From the NCBI RefSeq assembly GCF_009914755.1, contig NC_060925.1: a stretch of 64,000 nucleotides of DNA, one strand, 5' to 3'. Positions 38,418-53,200 of the stretch are shown here, in pieces. A program made the position numbers and the translations under genes. Below the pieces are notes generated by a model that did not search any database, was not told where the DNA came from, and saw nothing but the letters and a program-made list of their open reading frames with translations. The number at the start of each line of letters is the position of its first letter. The stretch's first letter is position 1. Origin of the DNA: the human T2T-CHM13v2.0 reference genome, Homo sapiens.

Positions 38418-41400
38418 GTAACTTCCTTGTGTTGTGTGTATTCAACTCACAGAGTTGAACGATCCTTTACACAGAGCAGACTTGAAACACTCTTTTTGTG
38501 GAATTTGCAAGTGGAGATTTCAGCCGCTTTGAGGTCAATGGTAGAAAAGTAAATATCTTCGTATAAAGACTAGACAGAATGATTCTCAGAAACTCCTTTG
38601 TGATGTGTGCGTTCAACTCACAGAGTTTAACCTTTCTGTTCATAGAGCAGTTAGGAAACACTCTGTTTGTAATGTCTGCAAGTGGATATTCAGACCTCCT
38701 TGAGGCCTTCGTTGGAAACGGGATTTCTTCATATTCTGCTAGACAGAAGAATTCTCAGTAACTTCCTTGTGTTGTGTGTATTCAACTCACAGAGTTGAAC
38801 GATCCTTTACACAGAGCAGACTTGAAACACTCTTTTTGTGGAATTTGCAAGTGGAGATTTCAGCCGCTTTGAGGTCAATGGTAGAAAAGGAAACTATCTT
38901 CATATAAAGACTAGACTGAATGATTCTCAGAAAATCTTTTGTGATGTGTGCGTTCAACTCACAGAGTTTAACTTTTCTTCTCATAGAGCAGTTAGGAAAC
39001 ACTCTGTTTGTAAAGTCTGCAAGTGGATATTCAGACCTCTTTGAGGCCTTCGTTGGAAACGGGATTTCTTCATATTATGCTAGACAGAATAATTCTCAGT
39101 AACTTCCTTGTGTTGTGTGTATTCAACTGACAGAGTTGAAGGATCCTTTACAGAGAGCAGGCTTGAAACACTCTTTTTGTCGAATTTGCAAGTGGAGATT
39201 TCAGCCGCTTTGAGGTCAATGGTAGAATAGGAAATATCTTCTTATAGAAACTAGACAAAATGATTCTCATGAACTCCTTTGTGATGTGTGCGTTCAACTC
39301 ACAGAGTTTAACCTTTCTTTTCATAGAGCAGTTAGGAAACACTCTGTTTGTAAAGTCTGCAAGTGGATATTCAGACCTCCTTGAGGCCTTCGTTGGAAAC
39401 GGGATTTCTTCATATTCTGCTAGACAGAAGAATTCTCAGTAACTTCCTTGTGTTGTGTTTATTCAACTCACAGAGTTGAATGATCCTTTACACAGAGCAG
39501 ACTTGAAACACTCTTTTTGTGGAATTTGCAAGTGGAGATTTCAGCCGCTTTGAGGTCAATGGTAGAAAAGTAAATATCTTCGTATAAAGACTAGACAGAA
39601 TGATTCTCAGAAACTCCTTTGTGATGTGTGCGTTCAACTCACAGAGTTTAACCTTTCTGTTCATAGAGCAGTTAGGAAACACTCTGTTTGTAAAGTCTGC
39701 AAGTGGATATTCAGACCTCCTTGAGGCCTTCGTTGGAAACGGGATTTCTTGCTATTCTGCTAGACAGAAGAATTCTCAGTAACTTCCTTGTGTTGTGTGT
39801 ATTCAACTCACAGAGTTGAACGATCCTTTACACAGAGCAGACTTGAAACACTCTTTTTGTGGAATTTGCAAGTGGAGATTTCAGCCGCTTTGAGGTCAAT
39901 AGTAGAAAAGGAAATATCTTCGTAGAAAAACTAGACAGAATGATTCTCAGAAACTCCTTTGTGAAGTGTGCGTTCAACTCACAGAGTTTAACCTTTCTTT
40001 TCATAGAGCAGTTAGTAAACACTCTGTTTATAAAGTCTGCATGTGGATATTCAGACCCCTTTGAGGCCTTCGTTGGAAACGGGATTTCTTCATATTATGC
40101 TAGACAGAAGAATTCTCAGTAACTTCCTTGTGTTGTGTGTATTCAACTGACAGAGTTGAACTTTCATTTAGAGAGAGCAGATTTGAAACACTGTTTTTGT
40201 GGAATTTGCAAGTGGAGATTTCAAGCGCTTTGGGGCCAAAGGCAGAAAAGGAAATATCTTCGTATAAAAACTAGACAGAATCATTCTCAGAAACTGCTGC
40301 GTGATGTGTGCGTTCAACTCTCAGAGTTTAACTTTTCTTTTCATTCAGCGGTTTGGAAACACTCTGTTTGTAAAGTCTGCACGTGGATATTTTGACCACT
40401 TAGAGGCCTTCGTTGGAAACGGGTTTTTTTCATGTAAGGCTAGACAGAAGAATTCCCAGTAACTTCCTTGTGTTGTGTGCATTCAACTCACAGAGTTGAA
40501 CGTTCCCTTAGACAGAGCAGATTTGAAACACTCTATTTGTGCAATTTGCAAGTGTAGATTTCAAGCGCTTTAAGGTCAACGGCAGAAAAGGAAATATCTT
40601 CGTTTCAAAACTAGACAGAATCATTCCCACAAACTGCGTTGTGATGTGTTCGTTCAACTCACAGAGTTTAACCTTTCTGTTCATAGAGCAGTTAGGAAAC
40701 ACTCTGTTTGTAAAGTCTGTAAGTGGATATTCTGACATCTTGTGGCCTTCGTTGGAAACGGGATTTCTTCATATTCTGCTAGACAGAAGAATTCTCAGTA
40801 ACTTCCTTGTGTTGTGTGTATTCAACTCACAGAGTTGAACGATCCTTTACACAGAGCAGACTTGAAACACTCTTTTTGTGGAATTTGCAAGTGGAGATTT
40901 CAGCCGCTTTGAGGTCAATGGTAGAAAAGTAAATATCTTCGTATAAAGACTAGACAGAATGATTCTCAGAAACTCCTTTGTGATGTGTGCGTTCAACTCA
41001 CAGAGTTTAACCTTTCTGTTCATAGAGCAGTTAGGAAACACTCTGTTTGTAATGTCTGCAAGTGGATATTCAGACCTCCTTGAGGCCTTCGTTGGAAACG
41101 GGATTTCTTCATATTCTGCTAGACAGAAGAATTCTCAGTAACTTCCTTGTGTTGTGTGTATTCAACTCACAGAGTTGAACGATCCTTTACACAGAGCAGA
41201 CTTGAAACACTCTTTTTGTGGAATTTGCAAGTGGAGATTTCAGCCGCTTTGAGGTCAATGGTAGAAAAGGAAACTATCTTCATATAAAGACTAGACTGAA
41301 TGATTCTCAGAAAATCTTTTGTGATGTGTGCGTTCAACTCACAGAGTTTAACTTTTCTTCTCATAGAGCAGTTAGGAAACACTCTGTTTGTAAAGTCTGC

Positions 41401-44400
41401 AAGTGGATATTCCGACCTCTTTGAGGCCTTCGTTGGAAACGGGATTTCTTCATATTATGCTAGACAGAATAATTCTCAGTAACTTCCTTGTGTTGTGTGT
41501 ATTCAACTGACAGAGTTGAAGGATCCTTTACAGAGAGCAGGCTTGAAACACTCTTTTTGTCGAATTTGCAAGTGGAGATTTCAGCCGCTTTGAGGTCAAT
41601 GGTAGAATAGGAAATATCTTCTTATAGAAACTAGACAAAATGATTCTCATGAACTCCTTTGTGATGTGTGCGTTCAACTCACAGAGTTTAACCTTTCTTT
41701 TCATAGAGCAGTTAGGAAACACTCTGTTTGTAAAGTCTGCAAGTGGATATTCAGACCTCCTTGAGGCCTTCGTTGGAAACGGGATTTCTTCATATTCTGC
41801 TAGACAGAAGAATTCTCAGTAACTTCCTTGTGTTGTGTTTATTCAACTCACAGAGTTGAATGATCCTTTACACAGAGCAGACTTGAAACACTCTTTTTGT
41901 GGAATTTGCAAGTGGAGATTTCAGCCGCTTTGAGGTCAATGGTAGAAAAGTAAATATCTTCGTATAAAGACTAGACAGAATGATTCTCAGAAACTCCTTT
42001 GTGATGTGTGCGTTCAACTCACAGAGTTTAACCTTTCTGTTCATAGAGCAGTTAGGAAACACTCTGTTTGTAAAGTCTGCAAGTGGATATTCAGACCTCC
42101 TTGAGGCCTTCGTTGGAAACGGGATTTCTTCATATTCTGCTAGACAGAAGAATTCTCAGTAACTTCCTTGTGTTGTGTGTATTCAACTCACAGAGTTGAA
42201 CGATCCTTTACACAGAGCAGACTTGAAACACTCTTTTTGTGGAATTTGCAAGTGGAGATTTCAGCCGCTTTGAGGTCAATAGTAGAAAAGGAAATATCTT
42301 CGTAGAAAAACTAGACAGAATGATTCTCAGAAACTCCTTTGTGATGTGTGTGTTCAACTCACAGAGTTTAACCTTTCTTTTCATAGAGCAGTTAGTAAAC
42401 ACTCTGTTTATAAAGTCTGCAAGTGGATATTCAGACCCCTTTGAGGCCTTCGTTGGAAACGGGATTTCTTCATATTCTGCTAGACAGAAGAATTCTCAGT
42501 AACTTCCTTGTGTTGTGTGTATTCAACTGACAGAGTTGAACTTTCATTTGGAGAGAGCAGATTTGAAACACTGTTTTTGTGGAATTTGCAAGTGGAGATT
42601 TCAAGCGCTCTGGGGCCAAAGGCAGAAAAGGAAATATCTTCGTATAAAAACTAGACAGAATCATTCTCAGAAACTGCTGCGTGATGTGTGCGTTCAACTC
42701 TCAGAGTTTAACTTTTCTTTTCATTCAGCGGTTTGGAAACACTCTGTTTGTAAAGTCTGCACGTGGATATTTTGACCACTTAGAGGCCTTCGTTGGAAAC
42801 GGGTTTTTTTCATGTAAGGCTAGACAGAAGAATTCCCAGTAACTTCCTTGTGTTGTGTGCATTCAACTCACAGAGTTGAACGTTCCCTTAGACAGAGCAG
42901 ATTTGAAACACTCTATTTGTGCAATTTGCAAGTGTAGATTTCAAGCGCTTTAAGGTCAACGGCAGAAAAGGAAATATCTTCGTTTCAAAACTAGACAGAA
43001 TCATTCCCACAAACTGCGTTGTGATGTGTTCATTCAACTCACAGAGTTTAACCTTTCTGTTCATAGAGCAGTTAGGAAACACTCTGTTTGTAAAGTCTGT
43101 AAGTGGATATTCTGACATCTTGTGGCCTTCGTTGGAAACGGGATTTCTTCATATTATGCTAGACAGAAGAATTCTCAGTAACTTCCTTGTGTTGTGTGTA
43201 TTCAACTCACAGAGTTGAACGATCCTTTACACAGAGCAGACTTGAAACACTCTTTTTGTGGAATTTGCAAGTGGAGATTTCAGCCGCTTTGAGGTCAATG
43301 GTAGAAAAGGAAACTATCTTCATATAAAGACTAGACAGAATGATTCTCAGAAAATCTTTTCTGATGTGTGCGTTCAACTCACAGAGTTTAACTTTTCTTC
43401 TCATAGAGCAGTTAGGAAACACTCTGTTTGTAAAGTCTGCAAGTGTATATTCAGACCTCTTTGAGGCCTTCGTTGGAAACGGGATTTCTTCATATTATGC
43501 TAGGCAGAATAATTCTCAGTAACTTCCTTGTGTTGTGTGTATTCAACTCACAGAGTTGAAGGATCCTTTACAGAGAGCTGGCTTGAAACACTCTTTTTGT
43601 CGAATTTGCAAGTGGAGATTTCAGCCGCTTTGAGGTCAACGGTAGAATAGGAAATATCTTCTTATAGAAACTAGACAAAATGATTCTCATGAACTCCTTT
43701 GTGATGTGTGCGTTCAACTCACAGAGTTTAACCTTTCTTTTCATAGAGCAGTTAGGAAACACTCTGTTTGTAAAGTCTGCAAGTGGATATTCAGACCTCC
43801 TTGAGGCCTTCGTTGGAAACGGGATTTCTTCATATTCTGCTAGACAGAAGAATTCTCATTAACTTCCTTGTGTTGTGTTTATTCAACTCACAGAGTTGAA
43901 TGATCCTTTACACAGAGCAGACTTGAAACACTCTTTTTGTGGAATTTGCAAGTGGAGATTTCAGCCGCTTTGAGGTCAATGGTAGAAAAGTAAATATCTT
44001 CGTATAAAGACTAGACAGAATGATTCTCAGAAACTCCTTTGTGATGTGTGCGTTCAACTCACAGAGTTTAACCTTACTGTTCATAGAGCAGTTAGGAAAC
44101 ACTCTGTTTGTAAAGTCTGCAAGTGGATATTCAGACCTCCTTGAGGCCTTCGTTGGAAACGGGATTTCTTCATATTCTGCTAGACAGAAGAATTCTCAGT
44201 AACTTCCTTGTGTTGTGTGTATTCAACTCACAGAGTTGAACGATCCTTTACACAGAGCAGACTTGAAACACTCTTTTTGTGGAATTTGCAAGTGGAGATT
44301 TCAGCCGCTTTGAGGTCAATAGTAGAAAAGGAAATATCTTCGTAGAAAAACTAGACAGAATGATTCTCAGAAACTCCTTTGTGATGTGTGCGTTCAACTC

Positions 44401-47257
44401 ACAGAGTTTAACCTTTCTTTTCATAGAGCAGTTAGTAAACACTCTGTTTATAAAGTCTGCAAGTGGATATTCAGACCCCTTTGAGGCCTTCGTTGGAAAC
44501 GGGATTTCTTCATATTATGCTAGACAGAAGAATTCTCAGTAACTTCCTTGTGTTGTGTGTATTCAACTGACAGAGTTGAACTTTCATTTAGAGAGAGCAG
44601 ATTTGAAACACTGTTTTTGTGGAATTTGCAAGTGGAGATTTCAAGCGCTTTGGGGCCAAAGGCAGAAAAGGAAATATCTTCGTATAAAAACTAGACAGAA
44701 TCATTCTCAGAAACTGCTGCGTGATGTGTGCGTTCAACTCTCAGAGTTTAACTTTTCTTTTCATTCAGCGGTTTGGAAACACTCTGTTTGTAAAGTCTGC
44801 ACGTGGATATTTTGACCACTTAGAGGCCTTCGTTGGAAACGGGTTTTTTTCATGTAAGGCTAGACAGAAGAATTCCCAGTAACTTCCTTGTGTTGTGTGC
44901 ATTCAACTCACAGAGTTGAACGTTCCCTTAGACAGAGCAGATTTGAAACACTCTATTTGTGCAATTTGCAAGTGTAGATTTCAAGCGCTTTAAGGTCAAC
45001 GGCAGAAAAGGAAATATCTTCGTTTCAAAACTAGACAGAATCATTCCCACAAACTGCGTTGTGATGTGTTCGTTCAACTCACAGAGTTTAACCTTTCTGT
45101 TCATAGAGCAGTTAGGAAACACTCTGTTTGTAAAGTCTGTAAGTGGATATTCTGATATCTTGTGGCCTTCGTTGGAAACGGGATTTCTTCATATTCTGCT
45201 AGACAGAAGAATTCTCAGTAACTTCCTTGTGTTGTGTGTATTCAACTCACAGAGTTGAACGATCCTTTACACAGAGCAGACTTGAAACACTCTTTTTGTG
45301 GAATTTGCAAGTGGAGATTTCAGCCGCTTTGAGGTCAATGGTAGAAAAGGAAACTATCTTCATATAAAGACTAGACAGAATGATTCTCAGAAAATCTTTT
45401 GTGATGTGTGCGTTCAACTCACAGAGTTTAACTTTTCTTCTCATAGAGCAGTTAGGAAACACTCTGTTTGTAAAGTCTGCAAGTGGATATTCAGACCTCT
45501 TTGAGGCCTTCGTTGGAAACGGGATTTCTTCATATTATGCTAGACAGAATAATTCTCAGTAACTTCCTTGTGTTGTGTGTAGTCAACTCACAGAGTTGAA
45601 GGATCCTTTACAGAGAGCAGGCTTGAAACACTCTTTTTGTCGAATTTGCAAGTGGAGATTTCAGCCGCTTTGAGGTCAATGGTAGAATAGGAAATATCTT
45701 CTTATAGAAACTAGACAAAATGATTCTCATGAACTCCTTTGTGATGTGTGCGTTCAACTCACAGAGTTTAACCTTTCTTTTCATAGAGCAGTTAGGAAAC
45801 ACTCTGTTTGTAAAGTCTGCAAGTGGATATTCAGACCTCCTTGAGGCCTTCGTTGGAAACGGGATTTCTTCATATTCTGCTAGACAGAAGAATTCTCATT
45901 AACTTCCTTGTGTTGTGTTTATTCAACTCACAGAGTTGAATGATCCTTTACACAGAGCAGACTTGAAACACTCTTTTTGTGGAATTTGCAAGTGGAGATT
46001 TCAGCCGCTTTGAGGTCAATGGTAGAAAAGTAAATATCTTCGTATAAAGACTAGACAGAATGATTCTCAGAAACTCCTTTGTGATGTGTGCGTTCAACTC
46101 ACAGAGTTTAACCTTTCTGTTCATAGAGCAGTTAGGAAACACTCTGTTTGTAAAGTCTGCAAGTGGATATTCAGACCTCCTTGAGGCCTTCGTTGGAAAC
46201 GGGATTTCTTCATATTCTGCTAGACAGAAGAATTCTCAGTAACTTCCTTGTGTTGTGTGTATTCAACTCACAGAGTTGAACGATCCTTTACACAGAGCAG
46301 ACTTGAAACACTCTTTTTGTGGAATTTGCAAGTGGAGATTTCAGCCGCTTTGAGGTCAATAGTAGAAAAGGAAATATCTTCGTAGAAAAACTAGACAGAA
46401 TGATTCTCAGAAACTCCTTTGTGAAGTGTGCGTTCAACTCACAGAGTTTAACCTTTCTTTTCATAGAGCAGTTAGTAAACACTCTGTTTATAAAGTCTGC
46501 AAGTGGATATTCAGACCCCTTTGAGGCCTTCGTTGGAAACGGGATTTCTTCATATTATGCTAGACAGAAGAATTCTCAGTAACTTCCTTGTGTTGTGTGT
46601 ATTCAACTGACAGAGTTGAACTTTCATTTAGAGAGAGCAGATTTGAAACACTGTTTTTGTGGAATTTGCAAGTGGAGATTTCAAGCGCTTTGGGGCCAAA
46701 GGCAGAAAAGGAAATATCTTCGTATAAAAACTAGACAGAATCATTCTCAGAAACTGCTGCGTGATGTGTGCGTTCAACTCTCAGAGTTTAACTTTTCTTT
46801 TCATTCAGCGGTTTGGAAACACTCTGTTTGTAAAGTCTGCACGTGGATATTTTGACCACTTAGAGGCCTTCGTTGGAAACGGGTTTTTTTCATGTAAGGC
46901 TAGACAGAAGAATTCCCAGTAACTTCCTTGTGTTGTGTGCATTCAACTCACAGAGTTGAACGTTCCCTTAGACAGAGCAGATTTGAAACACTCTATTTGT
47001 GCAATTTGCAAGTGTAGATTTCAAGCGCTTTAAGGTCAACGGCAGAAAAGGAAATATCTTCGTTTCAAAACTAGACAGAATCATTCCCACAAACTGCGTT
47101 GTGATGTGTTCGTTCAACTCACAGAGTTTAACCTTTCTGTTCATAGAGCAGTTAGGAAACACTCTGTTTGTAAAGTCTGTAAGTGGATATTCTGACATCT
47201 TGTGGCCTTCGTTGGAAACGGGATTTCTTCATATTCTGCTAGACAGAAGAATTCTCA
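38418..47257 (+). repeat. Near-identical copy of 11560-20397 (8.84-kb super-unit, offset 26858-26860)
   Basis: Same order (14-mer, 14-mer, 12-mer, 12-mer) and shared markers TCCGACC, TTCATTCAAC, TTCTGATG, GTGTATAT, GAGCTGG, CCTTACTG, CTGATATC, GTAGTCAAC, GTGAAGTG. Confidence 0.9.
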
Positions 47258-50200
47258 GTAACTTCCTTGTGTTGTGTGTATTCAACTCACAGAGTTGAAC
47301 GATCCTTTACACAGAGCAGACTTGAAACACTCTTTTTGTGGAATTTGCAAGTGGAGATTTCAGCCGCTTTGAGGTCAATGGTTGAAAAGTAAATATCTTC
47401 GTATAAAGACTAGACAGAATGATTCTCAGAAACTCCTTTGTGATGTGTGCGTTCAACTCACAGAGTTTAACCTTTCTGTTCATAGAGCAGTTAGGAAACA
47501 CTCTGTTTGTAATGTCTGCAAGTGGATATTCAGACCTCCTTGAGGCCTTCGTTGGAAACGGGATTTCTTCATATTCTGCTAGACAGAAGAATTCTCAGTA
47601 ACTTCCTTGTGTTGTGTGTATTCAACTCACAGAGTTGAACGATCCTTTACACAGAGCAGACTTGAAACACTCTTTTTGTGGAATTTGCAAGTGGAGATTT
47701 CAGCCGCTTTGAGGTCAATGGTAGAAAAGGAAACTATCTTCATATAAAGACTAGACTGAATGATTCTCAGAAAATCTTTTGTGATGTGTGCGTTCAACTC
47801 ACAGAGTTTAACTTTTCTTCTCATAGAGCAGTTAGGAAACACTCTGTTTGTAAAGTCTGCAAGTGGATATTCAGACCTCTTTGAGGCCTTCGTTGGAAAC
47901 GGGATTTCTTCATATTATGCTAGACAGAATAATTCTCAGTAACTTCCTTGTGTTGTGTGTATTCAACTGACAGAGTTGAAGGATCCTTTACAGAGAGCAG
48001 GCTTGAAACACTCTTTTTGTCGAATTTGCAAGTGGAGATTTCAGCCGCTTTGAGGTCAATGGTAGAATAGGAAATATCTTCTTATAGAAACTAGACAAAA
48101 TGATTCTCATGAACTCCTTTGTGATGTGTGCGTTCAACTCACAGAGTTTAACCTTTCTTTTCATAGAGCAGTTAGGAAACACTCTGTTTGTAAAGTCTGC
48201 AAGTGGATATTCAGACCTCCTTGAGGCCTTCGTTGGAAACGGGATTTCTTCATATTCTGCTAGACAGAAGAATTCTCAGTAACTTCCTTGTGTTGTGTTT
48301 ATTCAACTCACAGAGTTGAATGATCCTTTACACAGAGCAGACTTGAAACACTCTTTTTGTGGAATTTGCAAGTGGAGATTTCAGCCGCTTTGAGGTCAAT
48401 GGTAGAAAAGTAAATATCTTCGTATAAAGACTAGACAGAACGATTCTCAGAAACTCCTTTGTGATGTGTGCGTTCAACTCACAGAGTTTAACCTTTCTGT
48501 TCATAGAGCAGTTAGGAAACACTCTGTTTGTAAAGTCTGCAAGTGGATATTCAGACCTCCTTGAGGCCTTCGTTGGAAACGGGATTTCTTGCTATTCTGC
48601 TAGACAGAAGAATTCTCAGTAACTTCCTTGTGTTGTGTGTATTCAACTCACAGAGTTGAACGATCCTTTACACAGAGCAGACTTGAAACACTCTTTTTGT
48701 GGAATTTGCAAGTGGAGATTTCAGCCGCTTTGAGGTCAATAGTAGAAAAGGAAATATCTTCGTAGAAAAACTAGACAGAATGATTCTCAGAAACTCCTTT
48801 GTGAAGTGTGCGTTCAACTCACAGAGTTTAACCTTTCTTTTCATAGAGCAGTTAGTAAACACTCTGTTTATAAAGTCTGCATGTGGATATTCAGACCCCT
48901 TTGAGGCCTTCGTTGGAAACGGGATTTCTTCATATTATGCTAGACAGAAGAATTCTCAGTAACTTCCTTGTGTTGTGTGTATTCAACTGACAGAGTTGAA
49001 CTTTCATTTAGAGAGAGCAGATTTGAAACACTGTTTTTGTGGAATTTGCAAGTGGAGATTTCAAGCGCTTTGGGGCCAAAGGCAGAAAAGGAAATATCTT
49101 CGTATAAAAACTAGACAGAATCATTCTCAGAAACTGCTGCGTGATGTGTGCGTTCAACTCTCAGAGTTTAACTTTTCTTTTCATTCAGCGGTTTGGAAAC
49201 ACTCTGTTTGTAAAGTCTGCACGTGGATATTTTGACCACTTAGAGGCCTTCGTTGGAAACGGGTTTTTTTCATGTAAGGCTAGACAGAAGAATTCCCAGT
49301 AACTTCCTTGTGTTGTGTGCATTCAACTCACAGAGTTGAACGTTCCCTTAGACAGAGCAGATTTGAAACACTCTATTTGTGCAATTTGCAAGTGTAGATT
49401 TCAAGCGCTTTAAGGTCAACGGCAGAAAAGGAAATATCTTCGTTTCAAAACTAGACAGAATCATTCCCACAAACTGCGTTGTGATGTGTTCGTTCAACTC
49501 ACAGAGTTTAACCTTTCTGTTCATAGAGCAGTTAGGAAACACTCTGTTTGTAAAGTCTGTAAGTGGATATTCTGACATCTTGTGGCCTTCGTTGGAAACG
49601 GGATTTCTTCATATTCTGCTAGACAGAAGAATTCTCAGTAACTTCATTGTGTTGTGTGTATTCAACTCACAGAGTTGAACGATCCTTTACACAGAGCAGA
49701 CTTGAAACACTCTTTTTGTGGAATTTGCAAGTGGAGATTTCAGCCGCTTTGAGGTCAATGGTAGAAAAGGAAACTATCTTCATATAAAGACTAGACTGAA
49801 TGATTCTCAGAAAATCTTTTGTGATGTGTGCGTTCAACTCACAGAGTTTAACTTTTCTTCTCATAGAGCAGTTAGGAAACACTCTGTTTGTAAAGTCTGC
49901 AAGTGGATATTCCGACCTCTTTGAGGCCTTCGTTGGAAACGGGATTTCTTCATATTATGCTAGACAGAATAATTCTCAGTAACTTCCTTGTGTTGTGTGT
50001 ATTCAACTGACAGAGTTGAAGGATCCTTTACAGAGAGCAGGCTTGAAACACTCTTTTTGTCGAATTTGCAAGTGGAGATTTCAGCCGCTTTGAGGTCAAT
50101 GGTAGAATAGGAAATATCTTCTTATAGAAACTAGACAAAATGATTCTCATGAACTCCTTTGTGATGTGTGCGTTCAACTCACAGAGTTTAACCTTTCTTT

Positions 50201-53200
50201 TCATAGAGCAGTTAGGAAACACTCTGTTTGTAAAGTCTGCAAGTGGATATTCAGACCTCCTTGAGGCCTTCGTTGGAAACGGGATTTCTTCATATTCTGC
50301 TAGACAGAAGAATTCTCAGTAACTTCCTTGTGTTGTGTTTATTCAACTCACAGAGTTGAATGATCCTTTACACAGAGCAGACTTGAAACACTCTTTTTGT
50401 GGAATTTGCAAGTGGAGATTTCAGCCGCTTTGAGGTCAATGGTAGAAAAGTAAATATCTTCGTATAAAGACTAGACAGAATGATTCTCAGAAACTCCTTT
50501 GTGATGTGTGCGTTCAACTCACAGAGTTTAACCTTTCTGTTCATAGAGCAGTTAGGAAACACTCTGTTTGTAAAGTCTGCAAGTGGATATTCAGACCTCC
50601 TTGAGGCCTTCGTTGGAAACGGGATTTCTTGCTATTCTGCTAGACAGAAGAATTCTCAGTAACTTCCTTGTGTTGTGTGTATTCAACTCACAGAGTTGAA
50701 CGATCCTTTACACAGAGCAGACTTGAAACACTCTTTTTGTGGAATTTGCAAGTGGAGATTTCAGCCGCTTTGAGGTCAATAGTAGAAAAGGAAATATCTT
50801 CGTAGAAAAACTAGACAGAATGATTCTCAGAAACTCCTTTGTGATGTGTGTGTTCAACTCACAGAGTTTAACCTTTCTTTTCATAGAGCAGTTAGTAAAC
50901 ACTCTGTTTATAAAGTCTGCAAGTGGATATTCAGACCCCTTTGAGGCCTTCGTTGGAAACGGGATTTCTTCATATTCTGCTAGACAGAAGAATTCTCAGT
51001 AACTTCCTTGTGTTGTGTGTATTCAACTGACAGAGTTGAACTTTCATTTGGAGAGAGCAGATTTGAAACACTGTTTTTGTGGAATTTGCAAGTGGAGATT
51101 TCAAGCGCTCTGGGGCCAAAGGCAGAAAAGGAAATATCTTCGTATAAAAACTAGACAGAATCATTCTCAGAAACTGCTGCGTGATGTGTGCGTTCAACTC
51201 TCAGAGTTTAACTTTTCTTTTCATTCAGCGGTTTGGAAACACTCTGTTTGTAAAGTCTGCACGTGGATATTTTGACCACTTAGAGGCCTTCGTTGGAAAC
51301 GGGTTTTTTTCATGTAAGGCTAGACAGAAGAATTCCCAGTAACTTCCTTGTGTTGTGTGCATTCAACTCACAGAGTTGAACGTTCCCTTAGACAGAGCAG
51401 ATTTGAAACACTCTATTTGTGCAATTTGCAAGTGTAGATTTCAAGCGCTTTAAGGTCAACGGCAGAAAAGGAAATATCTTCGTTTCAAAACTAGACAGAA
51501 TCATTCCCACAAACTGCGTTGTGATGTGTTCATTCAACTCACAGAGTTTAACCTTTCTGTTCATAGAGCAGTTAGGAAACACTCTGTTTGTAAAGTCTGT
51601 AAGTGGATATTCTGACATCTTGTGGCCTTCGTTGGAAACGGGATTTCTTCATATTCTGCTAGACAGAAGAATTCTCAGTAACTTCCTTGTGTTGTGTGTA
51701 TTCAACTCACAGAGTTGAACGATCCTTTACACAGAGCAGACTTGAAACACTCTTTTTGTGGAATTTGCAAGTGGAGATTTCAGCCGCTTTGAGGTCAATG
51801 GTAGAAAAGGAAACTATCTTCATATAAAGACTAGACAGAATGATTCTCAGAAAATCTTTTCTGATGTGTGCGTTCAACTCACAGAGTTTAACTTTTCTTC
51901 TCATAGAGCAGTTAGGAAACACTCTGTTTGTAAAGTCTGCAAGTGTATATTCAGACCTCTTTGAGGCCTTCGTTGGAAACGGGATTTCTTCATATTATGC
52001 TAGGCAGAATAATTCTCAGTAACTTCCTTGTGTTGTGTGTATTCAACTCACAGAGTTGAAGGATCCTTTACAGAGAGCTGGCTTGAAACACTCTTTTTGT
52101 CGAATTTGCAAGTGGAGATTTCAGCCGCTTTGAGGTCAATGGTAGAATAGGAAATATCTTCTTATAGAAACTAGACAAAATGATTCTCATGAACTCCTTT
52201 GTGATGTGTGCGTTCAACTCACAGAGTTTAACCTTTCTTTTCATAGAGCAGTTAGGAAACACTCTGTTTGTAAAGTCTGCAAGTGGATATTCAGACCTCC
52301 TTGAGGCCTTCGTTGGAAACGGGATTTCTTCATATTCTGCTAGACAGAAGAATTCTCATTAACTTCCTTGTGTTGTGTTTATTCAACTCACAGAGTTGAA
52401 TGATCCTTTACACAGAGCAGACTTGAAACACTCTTTTTGTGGAATTTGCAAGTGGAGATTTCAGCCGCTTTGAGGTCAATGGTAGAAAAGTAAATATCTT
52501 CGTATAAAGACTAGACAGAATGATTCTCAGAAACTCCTTTGTGATGTGTGCGTTCAACTCACAGAGTTTAACCTTACTGTTCATAGAGCAGTTAGGAAAC
52601 ACTCTGTTTGTAAAGTCTGCAAGTGGATATTCAGACCTCCTTGAGGCCTTCGTTGGAAACGGGATTTCTTCATATTCTGCTAGACAGAAGAATTCTCAGT
52701 AACTTCCTTGTGTTGTGTGTATTCAACTCACAGAGTTGAACGATCCTTTACACAGAGCAGACTTGAAACACTCTTTTTGTGGAATTTGCAAGTGGAGATT
52801 TCAGCCGCTTTGAGGTCAATAGTAGAAAAGGAAATATCTTCGTAGAAAAACTAGACAGAATGATTCTCAGAAACTCCTTTGTGATGTGTGCGTTCAACTC
52901 ACAGAGTTTAACCTTTCTTTTCATAGAGCAGTTAGTAAACACTCTGTTTATAAAGTCTGCAAGTGGATATTCAGACCCCTTTGAGGCCTTCGTTGGAAAC
53001 GGGATTTCTTCATATTATGCTAGACAGAAGAATTCTCAGTAACTTCCTTGTGTTGTGTGTATTCAACTGACAGAGTTGAACTTTCATTTAGAGAGAGCAG
53101 ATTTGAAACACTGTTTTTGTGGAATTTGCAAGTGGAGATTTCAAGCGCTTTGGGGCCAAAGGCAGAAAAGGAAATATCTTCGTATAAAAACTAGACAGAA

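Noticed and set aside
24818-47257. Large duplication as a pure assembly artefact
   Set aside because: The copies differ by scattered SNPs, indels and a whole inserted HOR, which favours a real duplication; spanning reads are still needed to exclude an artefact fully.
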